This document shows, piece after piece, positions 21,142-34,063 of a stretch of DNA of 42,188 nucleotides. The translations under genes were made by a program, and so were the position numbers. Below the pieces are notes generated by a model that saw only the letters and a program-made list of their open reading frames with translations, made no database searches and was not told the DNA's origin. Location of the stretch: positions 682,001-724,188 of the forward strand of contig JBDOQK010000007.1 in assembly GCA_040437565.1 (NCBI GenBank), given 5' to 3'. This stretch comes from Albugo candida (lineage: Eukaryota). Positions within the stretch are counted from its first letter, which is position 1, and each line of letters opens with the position of its first letter.

Positions 21142-24100
21142 TAATCCCTCCATGAAGCACGGGGACTTAGTCGACAAGCACTTGTCGATCGTCACCGTTC
21201 CATTCGTGTGGACCGTCTGGATAGCAAAAAGGTCCACTGGAAACTACACGGGTTTTGGCTCGAAGGTGTCCAGGAATACGGAGCATGACGTGATCACCGG
21301 GTTTGTAAAAGTGTTCCAACCGCTTGCTATTCTCACGACAGTTTTCGGAGAGTATCGCTTTGAAGCAACGCTTGGAGAGATAGCTTCAACTGGCCTCTTA
21401 AAGCTGCCGGGTGACCATGTATTGTCCGAATAGTACTTGACCTGGGGATGCATTCAAAATGCTATGGAAACTGACACGAACAGCAAATGCAGCGTAGTAG
21501 ATAGACTTTTTCCAGTCAACATCCTCGTAGAAGCGAATAATGTTCATGATAGCTAAGTGAACCCTTTCACATATAGCGTTCGCTTGGGGTTCGTCGATGT
21601 GATCGGCTTATCTTTGATGCCATAACTGCTCAGAAGTTCCTGAAATTCGGCACCTGTAAACTCTGTCCCTTGATCGTGAATAACTTGACGTTGACGAGGG
21701 TATCGACACTTCAATTCCCGATCAAAACTCTCAGCAGTGGTGAGCGTCAACTTGTTTGTTTGGACACCAGCTTCAAGCCACCGTGTTTCCTGATCAATCA
21801 TGGTGATCCCGTAGCTTCCGTCTTCATAGGGCCCAATTAGATCGACATGGAACACATCAAATGGATACACGCTCTTTAAAGTTCTGGGTGGTAGAAGGCC
21901 ATAATTTTATTTTCCGTCATGAACCTGGGCACGCTTGCAAACCAAACACGTCTTAGTAATCGCGCAATCCTAGATTCCATGCTTGACCAGTACAGGATCG
22001 CCCGCATGGTCTTGTAGAGTCTCACACTGGCTGGATGCCAAAGATTCTCATGGTACCAGTACACTAAGTCATCGCGGAGAGTAGGTGGGACAATTACACT
22101 TTTCTGGTAGGCTACCAAGGTACACCCAGTGGAGAAAATAGCTGATAGTCGGGGTTATTGGAGCCCGAGAGAAATGAAGACTTGATTGTCTGAATCGAGG
22201 GACTTCGTCTTGATGTTGCCGAAGTACTAGACCATGCATGACACAATGAGGGTCTTCCGTGATTGAGAAGATCTCATCTATTAGAAAACATCATCTTCTT
22301 CCATGGTCTGGAAGCGCATTCGCGAGAAGGCGTCTGCTTCAACGTTCTTCTTTCCCTTGATGTAGTGCATCGTCAAGTTGTACTCGGAAAGAAGCAATTT
22401 ACAGCGCTTTGCCCGCAGGTTTGTTTCCGTGAGGTAAATAAGATTCTTATGATCCGTATGGACCACAGACAGAGACCCGAGGAGCATTGTCCGGTACTCA
22501 CGGAGAATCTCAACAATCGATAACAACTCCAGTTGCATTGTTGTATACTTTCGCTGGTATTTGTTGAGTGCCCGAGATTAACACGCTAAGAACTTAAGCC
22601 CTTGCATAATAATACCCCCAAGTTGTGTTTTACTTGCATCTGCATACACGTTGAATGGCTTTTTGAAGTCGGGAAAGGAGAGAAGTACTGCCTTTGCAAA
22701 TGCTATTTGTATATCGGAATGCCTTAGTATCTGTAGGAATTCATGTAAAGGGAATCTTCGTGTCTGTCAAGCGTTGAAGAGGCTGGCATAATGCTGTCTT
22801 GTTTGGCACCATATCCCGATAGTAATTGAACATGCCCAGAAATCGCCGTAGCTCTTTTTTTGTTTCGCGGTCGCAATCGTTTGTATCGCTTGAATATTTT
22901 TTGCTTGCGGCTTGATCCCTTCCGTGGTCAGCGTGTAGCCGAGATAATCTACTTCCGATCGAAGAATATGCCATTTTTTTCCGTTCAATGTGACATCATA
23001 TTTGTTCAGTCGCTCAAAAACCACTCGGAGAAGCTCGAGGTGGTCAGATTCGTCGCTCGAAAACACCAAAAGACCATCCAGGTACACAACAATGAAGTCC
23101 AGATCACCGATAATCTTCTCTATGCCTGCTTGTTACTTGTACAAATTCCCATGGGAAGAAGCTTGTATTGGTACTTTTCAAAAGGGAGGCAGAAGACAGT
23201 AAACGGTTTGCTTTGCTTAGCCAACTGTTTACAGTAGTAGACCATGTTGGCATCCGAAGTTGTTAAGCACTTTGCTGTCGACAGATGCAGCAAGTTCTCG
23301 CGTGTTCGGGGAGCAAAATATGGAATGGGCGGAGCGAGCGATTGAGTACTCCATAGTCAATCAGCAGGCAGAGAGAATCGTCAGACTCTGTCACGAAAAA
23401 CGCCGGACTGGCCATTTCCGAATCATATATCTGTTCCAATACGTCGAGTTGAATCAGACGCTGGTTCTCTGTTCTTTCTGCGCTATCTTGACTGTGAGAA
23501 TTGGATATGGCTTGATGTGAACTGGCTTTTACTCTGGTGATAGTGGTAAGATGTAATCATCAAACCTCATCCGTCCCAGATGGTCATCGTACAAATGAGG
23601 ATTATTCTCTAGCAGCTCCATGTAGCTTATGAACAATTCGGCAGTCAGATGATTTGGCACCAATTCCTTTGGATCGACACCCGAATTCGAAAGCTCTTTA
23701 TATTCTTCTGCATATTCTGTGTCGAGCGTGTCTGACTTGATACCATTCATCCCACCTGTATTGACTTGAAGACAACGTTCGTCCCATTGAACTGTCTGAT
23801 CACTAAAGGTGATCGTGATGCCAAGTGCACTGAGCAATTCTCGACAAATGACCATAGCATCCTTGCTATCCGCAATCACTCAAAAGCAGTGCGTTATAAC
23901 TGAATCAGCCTTTAGCTTGGGAAAGCGAAGCTGAGCGACAATGGTCCCACTACTTGTCACATCTTGACCCATGGTTTCAAACACCGTCTTCACTTGCGAA
24001 ACCACTCTATACCCATATTTGGCACTGGCAAGCACAAATGACTTGCTGACGATACTTCTTGAAGCACCAGTGTCCAACAGAGCTGCGAAAATTTCTTTGT

Positions 24101-26184
24101 CATGACGAATTTGCACNNNNNNNNNNNNNNNNNNNNNNNNNNNNNNNNNNNNNNNNNNNNNNNNNNNNNNNNNNNNNNNNNNNNNNNNNNNNNNNNNNNN
24201 NNNNNNNNNNNNNNNNGCAGCAAGTTCTCGCGTGTTCGGGGAGCAAAATATGGAATGGGCGGAGCGAGCGATTGAGTACTCCATAGTCAATCAGCAGGCA
24301 GAGAGAATCGTCAGACTCTGTCACGAAAAACGCCGGACTGGCCATTTCCGAATCATATATCTGTTCCAATACGTCGAGTTGAATCAGACGCTGGTTCTCT
24401 GTTCTTTCTGCGCTATCTTGACTGTGAGAATTGGATATGGCTTGATGTGAACTGGCTTTTACTCTGGTGATAGTGGTAAGATGTAATCATCAAACCTCAT
24501 CCGTCCCAGATGGTCATCGTACAAATGAGGATTATTCTCTAGCAGCTCCATGTAGCTTATGAACAATTCGGCAGTCAGATGATTTGGCACCAATTCCTTT
24601 GGATCGACACCCGAATTCGAAAGCTCTTTATATTCTTCTGCATATTCTGTGTCGAGCGTGTCTGACTTGATACCATTCATCCCACCTGTATTGACTTGAA
24701 GACAACGTTCGTCCCATTGAACTGTCTGATCACTAAAGGTGATCGTGATGCCAAGTGCACTGAGCAATTCTCGACAAATGACCATAGCATCCTTGCTATC
24801 CGCAATCACTCAAAAGCAGTGCGTTATAACTGAATCAGCCTTTAGCTTGGGAAAGCGAAGCTGAGCGACAATGGTCCCACTACTTGTCACATCTTGACCC
24901 ATGGTTTCAAACACCGTCTTCACTTGCGAAACCACTCTATACCCATATTTGGCACTGGCAAGCACAAATGACTTGCTGACGATACTTCTTGAAGCACCAG
25001 TGTCCAACAGAGCTGCGAAAATTTCTTTGTCATGACGAATTTGCACGGTAACGCGCAGCGGAGCTGTTGGGATTATAGGCGTTTGCTGGACTAGACCAAT
25101 AAGCTTGCACTCGTCTTCACTTCTGATGTCGTCCTTCTTAAATGCAGCTGGGTACGTCTCTTGATCACTTTCGACTTCCAGCTGCTTATTCTCATCAGTC
25201 TTCTTTTTGAGGACGAAGCAATCACTTGTATTGTGAGATCTTGTTTTTTTATGAGAGCACCGCTTATCGCCACCATCCAGCCTTGGATTTAAAGTCGTCT
25301 CACGTCTCGTTCAAGACGTTCTGGACGTCTTCATCTGCCGCTCATTACAAAATAACGTTTGCAGATCGACGTGAAGGTCTAGATCGTGGTCGCTGCTTTA
25401 CAGAAACTCGGGTCTTGAGAAAAGCATCCGTCTGGTTTAGGGCTGTGAATACTCTTGCCTTCGCTGCGACAGTATGTATCCTCGCGACCTCTGTAAGGCC
25501 CACGCCCTTCTTGTGCAGCGCGCACCTTGTGCAGTCACTCTTGTTGCTCCAGTCGCGAGGAATAAAGCATCATTTCACTGAAAATATCGTGTGTTACATC
25601 CGCATCTGCAAGCTTGTCTTGCCATGCAATCGGCAGCTCCACTTTTGAAGTAGCGGCGCATCTGTACATCTGGAATCACCTCGGCATTTTCAGGGAGCTC
25701 TGCAAAAACAACGAGCATTATCGCGCAGACGCTGGGAGAACATTAGCACATTTTCGTCCCGGTGCTTGGTCATGTTCCATAGTTCGTGGTCCAGATCTTT
25801 GCTAAACCCTTCTGGCACAGAGAGCCGTCCGACGGCTGTATAGAATTGGTCAAAAGACCATGTTTCAGATCTTGCTTGGGCCACCAACAGGTCCACACCA
25901 TGAGCAAGGTACCCCTCAATGAACGCAATCAAGTTGAGGCACTTCTGTTCTTCGTTCCAACCCTTATTCTTGGCAAGGCTCTGAAATTCGCAACTCCACT
26001 TTAGAAAGCTGCGCGGACTTCCTCCCTTGAACTTTCGCATCGACACTTGTAGGCTATCTGCTGAGATGCCATCTCTAGCTGGTGAAATAACCACCGTATA
26101 GGTGACGAAGTCTTCGTTGTCCTGTCGGCCCATGCTGGATGGTCTTGATTATCTTCTGTCCGATTCGAAGTTGATTAATCGAAA

Positions 26185-26353
26185 TGACAAGCCCTTGGCT
26201 AGCAGAGGGGCTATTGGCTTCGCAAGTCTTGCTAGAAAGGCTTGCGGAGAGAATGGTAAAGTTAGAATTTTATTAAAAGGTAGTAAGGCCTAACGTGCTT
26301 AAACTAACGGCTTCATATAACCTCCAACATTTATGTCATCATGCGACATGTCA
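26185..26353 (-). repeat. 5' LTR of the gypsy element
   Basis: Direct repeat of 20973-21141, about 50 nt upstream of the gag ATG at 26133. Confidence 0.9.
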
Positions 26354-26678
26354 GGCAAGTGGAAATGCAAGTGCAACATGGATGCTTGTCCTAGTTGGAC
26401 GGCTTTGTCCAGGCTAGTGTGCCGCGCACCAATTTACAAAACACGTTGTTCTGGACCATTTTTAGAACTTACAACTTAACAGCATTGACAAGCTGGACAC
26501 AGTCTTGTATCAAGGTGCCTGAGGCTACTGCAACCCGGGATTATCAATGAGAAGACATTATATCATCTCTCGCAGGTATTTTCTCGAAACTTTTTTATAT
26601 GTATGTTTGTTCTTTCAGATAGCTTAGGCAACTAGAGAATTCAGTTGTCTAATTTAAGTGATATAGACACATTCAACT
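26354..26678 (+). mobile_element. 3' end of an L1-like LINE
   Basis: Similar to 31660-31964 and to the reverse complement of 13658-13940, ends atatagacacattcaact. Confidence 0.8.
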
Positions 26679-26886
26679 GAGCAGGCAGACCACCTGCCGG
26701 AGGTCTTTAGTTCGATCCCCGGCAGTGTGGGCAGCGGTTTGAGCCCACCCCAGCAATAAGCTTGGAAAATATCTGCCTTCCTAAGTTTGAACTTAGACTT
26801 AAGTGATATTCACACGGTCAGGGACTTGTGATAGGATAAGGAAGCTAGTTAAACAAACAGATAAACAGTGTAATGAAATCCTTGTC
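26679..26886 (+). mobile_element. tRNA-derived SINE, family A, lacking the A-box part
   Basis: agttcgatccccggcagtgtgggcagcggtttgagcccaccc…gtgtaatgaaatc is shared with 2304-2475. Confidence 0.8.
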
Positions 26887-27084
26887 AGCCCAGGTGCAAC
26901 GTATATTGCAACAAAGAAGAAAATTGGCACTAAACAATTTTCAGAGCAAAACGTTACACCCTCCACCATCCTAATCGTAGACATTTGCTTCAAGCGGTGT
27001 ATAGACTCTCCATGCGTTCAATCTAATTCCGATGCCGGGAACGCGAAGTGCTAAACAGGAGAAATGGATATTATAGTAAAAATG

Positions 27085-27960
27085 CTTAGGTTCCCTATGA
27101 TTTAAGGGGTGTGGCGATAGGGGTTCCCTAATTTATTTAGGGTATTGATATTCCGACAACTAAAATTGATACCCCGCCAATTCTTTTTTAAATTACATTT
27201 TTATTTTTCATTTTAAATTACATCATGCCTACTTATTTTAGGAAACCGTTGAAATCCCTTCAGTTTGATGTGGTTGGCTAATTTCATGCGAGAAAACGTT
27301 AAAATCCCCTCAGTGCGTTTGCTAAGGTTTCCTCAGTTTGATATGATTCAATGTGATTGTCTAGTTTTCGAGCCTGATAATCCACCCATTCCGACTGCAA
27401 ACGAGACCATTATTCTATCCATCTTCAAACCGGCTTGTTTCTATCTCTTCGTATACCATTTTCCCCATTATTAGCTTTGTCAGCACAGCAATAAACGCTC
27501 TCGCGCCTCCGCAAGAAACGGCTTACGACACCCTGAAGGGGCAAAAGTGGCAATTGATGCGCATGCTCACGAAAAAAGCTACACATTGCGCGCAATGCGT
27601 ACATGTAAGGTTAGAAACCGGAAGAATGGAGACGTGAAGGGTCAAGACCTCGAAAAAAACATGCTCACATGCCGGGGACGCGGTAAGAGGCGATAGTCAT
27701 TTCTGTATACGCGTCTCCTACAGACGTAGAGTAGGTTGTCCATTCCGAGTCCTAATCCGCAAAATTGGAACCGAATATGCTGGGTGGCAGGTCGCTGTTG
27801 TTTGTGCAAATCATAACCGTGGTGCCTTTGACCACCCTTTTCGGCTCACCCGAAGGGAGGGGAAGCTAAAGCCGAGAGACGAGGCGGTTAATGAAGACTT
27901 AGGGTGAGAAGACGTTGAACCTAGTCGCATACTGACCTTTCTAAGACAGCAAGCACATAC
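27085..27960 (+). mobile_element. MULE remnant: TIR-type motifs and N-terminal FAR1/WRKY-like domain
   Basis: LAPPQETAYDTLKGAKVAIDAHAHEKSY parallels LASPPEHTYETYEIAEEAVQTFAWQEGY (35052); GCPFRV…WQVAVVCANHN; aggggtgtggcgata motif shared with 37314. Confidence 0.65.
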
Positions 27961-28095
27961 CTGCATGCGACAGCTCAAGATGTATACAATGCGCGTCGCT
28001 TGCACATAGCCGAGATTCTGGCTGGCCGTTCATTACTTCAAGCACTGCTGGAAAACCTTGAAAGATCGGATTTAGTCTATCATATTCTACAAACG

Positions 28096-28285
28096 CCAGG
28101 AAGTCTACAGTTGTAGACGATGCTGCTAAAAGTTGAAGTGAAGCTGTTTTCAACGTCCCACAAACAATGTTTCTTGCGCTCTCTACCATCCAATTATTTT
28201 ATAAACAGATCGTGGCTGGACCTACCCACCGAGAGTGGTCGGCCGAATTTCTACACACTCTCCCCATCTTGCTTTTCTTTCAATA
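28096..28285 (-). repeat. 3' LTR of copia element 2 (outer end eroded)
   Basis: Direct repeat of 33874-34063 (gctctctaccatcca…gagagtggtcggccgaa). Confidence 0.85.
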
Positions 28286-30729
28286 ATTCTCCTCGGTCGT
28301 CCCACGCTCGCCCACACTCAATGGCTACAGCAAATTGAATAACTCTCGTAATTCTGCAATACTTTGCGCTGGCAACACTTTTGTCAGTAAGTCCGCCTTC
28401 AGAAGGCACGATTCCACAAACTTCGGTTTCACAATGTCCTTCCTCGCATGATCGCGTATAAACTTCATGCGCACTTCAACGTGCTTGACACTCGACATAC
28501 TTCCATCAGTCTCCAGCTGTCTGAAAGCATCCTGGTTGTCCATGAGCATTGACATCGGGGCCTTCACTTAAAATCCAATCTCGCGCATCAACTATCTCAG
28601 TCCTAGCAATTCTCGCCCGATATGTGAGGCCGACGCTAACTCGGCCTCCATTGTCGAAGGGTATACCTCGGTTTGCTTTTTGCACACCCACTGCACAATA
28701 GCACCGTCCAAGGTTAAAACTCTTCCTGTAACAGACTTACGATCCATCTTATCAGCCGCATATTCCGAGTCACTCCAGCTCGCCAAACTGACCTCGTTTC
28801 CTTAATTTCTTGGAACAATCATCTTGAGGTTAAGGTTCTTGGTCTCCTTTAAGTATCTGGCGACTCTTTTGTCAGCTTCCAGTAACTCATATTAGGCTGA
28901 TGAGCGCGCCGCGTGGCCTTGCGCACTGCAAAGCTGATATCCGGACGTGAACATCTTGCGACCCAGAGTAAGCTCCCACAAGCGACTGAAAATCGCGGAT
29001 CGTTGGTTCACCTCTTTTTTTCGGTCATTTTTCAGCAACACAGGGTCCTTCTCCACTTCATTAGCTTCTCCACCGATAGGCGCACGAACACCATTCGCCT
29101 CCATCAAACCATGATCCTCAAGTATTACTTCAATTGTCGCCTGTTGTTCCACCATGCACGTGTTTTCGTTCCCAAACAAACTCGCATCCCAAGAAACTTG
29201 CGAGGTTCGCTCGAATCTTTAATCGATAAACATGCCGTCTCCTCAAAAAACAGCTCTACCATCCTCGGACTGGACGCTGTGACTAGTAACTCGTCCACGT
29301 AATTGCCGAAAATAGTCACGTTGTCTCCCTGGTGCTTATAGTACAAGCACATATCGGTTTCACACTGCGTGAATCCTGCCTCCCCCATCCTGGCGTGTAG
29401 CAGTTTGCTTCACAGACGGCCTGCCTGCATGAGGCCATAGAGAGACTTCTTCAGCTGTAGCGCTAAGTACGATTTGTCTTGTACGCCAAATCGTCGTAAA
29501 GTGCCATTTTGAATCTTTATCCCCTGCGGAATTGCCTAGTAGATATCCAAATGCTCTTCTTTATCAGCCTTCACGTACGCATTAGAAATGTTCCCGTTGT
29601 TTCGCAGGTACTCCCGAACTCAGCGCAAGGACTAAAATCACCTTCACCGTGCTCAACATCATAACAGCAGCAAACTTGAGACCATAATTAACACCACATA
29701 CCTGCTCACTATCACAGGCGACCAATCTAGCCTTGAACCGTTCGATAGCTCCATCAGCATCCGTTTTGGTCTTATAGAACCATTTTATGTGCAGCACGTG
29801 GCAATTATTTGGTGGCCCTACGACCAACCTAACTCCGTTGTCTTCAAGCGCTTGCAGCCCTTCCGACAATGCAATGAGCCACCTCCCCTTTTGATCACTC
29901 TTCATGGCTTGACCATAATTCTTCAAGTCCGCCTACCGCACGCTATTTATTACTTCACCAGGCTGTTCACTTTCTTCACAGTTTCCGCGTGCCTCTTGCG
30001 CCACTGTCCTGATCATGTGCGCATCGCGCATACAGGGTTTCCTTTATCCTAGTCCCTTGCGTTTCCCACCTGGAACCGATATTGGGATTTTTAAGGACGG
30101 ATAACTTCCATGATCGCCTATTGCTTCATCGTCCTCCGTTAGATGCACACGACGTACTGCTCATTCTGCTCCTCGGTCAGTGTTTCCACGTTTCGAACTT
30201 GCTCCGTGACGATTACGATCTTCTATTTTGGCAGATAAACCCTGTATCCCTTCATTTCATCACTCTTGACGATGATGATACCATGTTTTCCACGCTCACC
30301 CAGGGACTTGTTTCTCGCATCTCTATGCACCGTGCACGACGAGCCAAAAGCCACTATGTCACTTAAGTCAAAAGTGCCCATCGTGAGCATTTGCAACGGT
30401 GACTGTCATCCTAAATTCGCTTTGCTTGGACTCCGGCTAAGAATATACGCCGCATATTCCGCGGCATCTCCCCAGAAGGCAAAAGTCAATCCATAAGAGA
30501 AGAGCATGTCCGCACCATGTTCATGATGGTGCGTCGCATCCGCTCTGCTTTTCCGTTACTTGCTTGGTTACGTGGCTCGCTCACCCGCCGCGCAATACCA
30601 GTGTCCTTGCATGATAGCTCCAATGCCCTGTATTATCCTCCACTGTCCTTGCTCAAAACGAGAATCCGATAGTTAAACTGTCGCTTAAAGAAAGCCATGA
30701 AGTGCTTGAACTTCTGAGCTGCAACATCC

Positions 30730-31962
30730 ACTTCTCAGTTTTCCGGCTACTACGTAACCCGCCAATTTAGTACAAAACAACTCGAAACACTAACTTTTTC
30801 AACTCTTTCCTCTCGAAAACAATCGTTCAAGTCGACATATCGACACAACCAAGGGTGCTAGCGTCCACTTGTAGTAACGTGGCAACCCTCATGAGACAGC
30901 CTGTTTTGGGAGATTGCATGATTGTTGATGAGTCGTCACCCCTGTGTGATGACGTGGAAAGTAAGTACCCCCACCCCCAGTGTGACGGTACAGGGTAATA
31001 CCGGTACTACCGGTGGTACATGCGGTACTGTCGTTGCCTCGTCACAGGGTGACTCAATGGCAACTGCAAGTGTGGACGACACTAAAAGTCCCACTTTGGC
31101 TGACCTTAGAAAGTCACAGGAGTCCTTGCGTAAGGACCAGGCTAGAGCTCGGGCGAAATTTCGCGTGGAGCTCGCAAAGCCGGAAGCCTCGGATATCGAG
31201 GCTACACTGCAGCTATATGCTGATGGGGAGCACCCGGATTGGTCTGTTCTGTCTGCGAAATTGGAAGCAGCAAGACCTTTCCAAATCCGGAAAGCAACCT
31301 TCACGATGGTCTTGGAGACGGCCCAGTCCTTGACCCGTGCTCCAAATGGGGAAATCCTAACATCCTTGATGTGAGACCACGGTAATCCGGTTTTTGAAAG
31401 CCTACTGGACAGCCGGTCAATCGCTCAGTGTCGAAAATGCCTGGGTGCAACATTAGGGTGATGGTCACCACGGCGGATGCCTGCCAGCAGTTGGAGTGTC
31501 AGCCGGTGACTATCCTTGGGGAAAAGTACTTTTTTCGGGAGTTTGATACTCTTNNNNNNNNNNNNNNNNNNNNNNNNNNNNNNNNNNNNNNNNNNNNNNN
31601 NNNNNNNNNNNNNNNNNNNNNNNNNNNNNNNNNNNNNNNNNNNNNNNNNNNNNTTTCACAACGCCGTCAGTACTACATGGAACAACCGACGGTACTTTTG
31701 GACCATTTAACAGCACAGGGTAGTTTTGGACCATTTTTTGACAACTTTTTACCACTTTCAATATTTATCCGTTACACGATGGATACAGTCTCGTACTGTA
31801 GTGGTTAACGCTACCGCACTGCAGGACTAGCAACGAGGGACATATTATTATCTCTCACAGGTATGTCACGAAACGTTTTTTATATGTATATATGTTATTT
31901 AAGATAGCCTAGGCAACTAGAGAAGGCAGTTAGTCTGATTCTAGTAATATAGACACCTTCAA
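30730..31962 (+). mobile_element. L1-like non-LTR retrotransposon inserted in the copia integrase; interior collapsed in gap
   Basis: Perfect 16-bp TSD ctgagctgcaacatcc at 30714-30729 and 31963-31978; 5' UTR, ORF1-like frame (…KMPGCNIRVMVTTADACQQLECQPVTILGEKYFFREFD) and 3' end shared with three other copies; clade inferred, RT not visible. Confidence 0.85.
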
Positions 31963-33873
31963 CTGAGCTGCAACATCCTTGGACTTTGCCAAGAAAACGC
32001 AACAGTAGTTTGTCCGATGGTCGATAAAATTGACCACGTATCGGTTGCTCAACATGTCCCGCGGGGTCATCGGTACCTTCAAGTTGGAGCATTTGACTTG
32101 TCCAATCACATCGATCGTGCGTTTCTTCCAGTGTCCTTTCGCGACTGCGGGTTCTTGGTCTATTCCCTTGGGCGCAAGCCAAGCAGTTAGCGCGCAGCTC
32201 ATCCGTGCGCTGTATTTCTGATGCGCAAGCCGTTTGTGAAAGTGCATTAGAGACCCTTTCTGCACATCCTGACCGACGTCCTTCTCGTGTTGTGCAACTA
32301 CTGACATCTAGTTCGCATTTTTGTGCGTGCGCAACCAGCACGTTCTTGCGTTTTCCCACGTCGAAAACAGCCGGTCCTTTGTTCAATGCGGCTATCACAC
32401 GTTACTGACCCCGGTATGACATTCCAAACCCTTTACCCTCCCATAATCCATGCGAACTGATGTTACTCTAGAGGTTTTCCGCGAAGTATACATCCGTCAA
32501 GCGCACCTTGGTTCTTTTCCCCATTACTGTCGTTGTAATAATCACACTTACGCGCATCGTTATGCGAAGGTGACCACTATCCGCAGCAACGCACTCGCTG
32601 AAGTATTTCTCAGGGTCTTCCATCATTGAAGAGTTATTTATCAGGGGTCGACTCGAGCGAGGATCCAGTATTCTTCCTCGACACTTGATCCGTCAATGGC
32701 CAGGACGAAATTAATATCATCCGTCTCTCTTAGCTCAGCGCTTCCCTCGGGACACACTATCTTCAGATGTCCTGGCTTTCCACATTTGTAGCACGTGCGC
32801 ACATCGCGATGGTCCTTGCGATTGTCTGTTCGGTTCTTGTGATAAGCTCGGCGCCCATTGGCGACGGTGTTAACCACGTCCTTTCCAATATTCTTCCTGC
32901 GCAGTTCAATCTCAGTCGACTGCATAAAGTGCGCAAGATCATACTTGGGTCAGCGTAATGCACAATGCTGTCTTGAACTAGGTTGTCGGCATATCCGCAC
33001 GCTTCAATCACCACCAACAAGTATAGGTAATGCTTCGTCTAGCTTCTCTTGGAGCTCTTAGAAGCTGTGAACATCTTCATACTGTATGCGGGAGTGATAT
33101 TTGTCGGAAAGGTATGGATTAGACGCTGCATCGCATGCTATAACGTCGGCCGCTCTTCCCACCATCCCGAGACCTGTCGACTGTAATATCGCTCCGCCAT
33201 CCCGTTCAAGTGGTGCTCTAGTACGTCCACCCTGGCTTCTTCACTCAACAGGAAACCAATTGCTCGCTCCGCGAACATGATCTGACTTACAAATTTCTTG
33301 CCCCACAACAGAAAAACACTTTCGAGTCCTTGATACAATTCCTTGCTATCAAAAGGTCAGATGCCCAGCTTCTTCTGTCGTATATCCGGCACGCGGTTGT
33401 ATTGGAGTCCTGGTGCCATGTGCGTTGGAGGCGCCGGCTGGTAGATGGGTGGTAACACGTAATGCTGCGGCACTTACAAAATCTCAAGGTTGGCTGCTGC
33501 AGTAGCGTATCCAGGCTGTCTTGCACCAAAGTACGTTGATGGCGATACGCCGGGTGGCACACGCCTCGGTGGCGACACGTCCAACGTCACTCTGGCCATG
33601 GATTTGCCCAGCCCTTACACCAACCCTATACTCGTGTCACTACAAACGCTCCTTCTCCTCCAGTCGCCCTTGCGACGCCTTCATGCGCTCCATGCTCTCC
33701 ATGCGCTCCGTGAGGCTCGAGAGGAGATCCATCAGCTTGCTCTACGTGTCCTTGGTTCTTCCTTGACCTCTTCTTTCTCCTCCAGGGCGCCGGCCCTTGC
33801 GCGACCGGCAGGTGCCCTCCACTGCCGACGACCTTCAGCCGCAGCAACTTCTTCGCTATTTGGGCTCATAAGC

Positions 33874-34063
33874 TGTTAGACTTTACAAGTCGAGAGGATG
33901 CTGTGAATAGTAGAGGTAAAATTGTTTCTAACGTCCTAAAAACAATGCTTCTTAGGCTCTCTACCATCCAACCATTTTAAGAACATATCGTGGCTGCACC
34001 TACCCGCCGAGAGTGGTCGGCCGAACTTCTTCACACTCTCACCATCTTGCATTTCTTCCAATA
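33874..34063 (-). repeat. 5' LTR of copia element 2
   Basis: On the minus strand begins tattgg and ends ctaaca, followed by the PBS. Confidence 0.9.

Larger units (their letters stand above)
20973..26353 (-). mobile_element. Full-length degenerate Ty3/gypsy LTR retrotransposon
   Basis: 169-bp LTRs TGACA…TGTCA at 20973-21141 and 26185-26353; PPT ggaggga; order gag (26133-25500), protease ALLDTGASRS, RT YLDGLLVFS, RNase H ADASK…ELLSIVE…TDHKNL…NVEADAFSR, integrase HVDLIGP…DQGTEF; 23287-24116 repeated at 24217-25046 across a gap. Confidence 0.95.
28096..34063 (-). mobile_element. Full-length degenerate Ty1/copia LTR retrotransposon interrupted by a LINE
   Basis: LTRs about 28096-28285 and 33874-34063; PBS gcttatgagccca (33873-33861); PPT gaggagaa; gag CYKCGKPGHLKIVC, protease YWIL, integrase RYVVNFIDHRTNYC, RT KWFYKTK…RFKARLVAC and YVDELL, RNase H SDSEYAAD…DNQ…KHVEVR…ADLLTK; no clean TSD. 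Confidence 0.95.
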
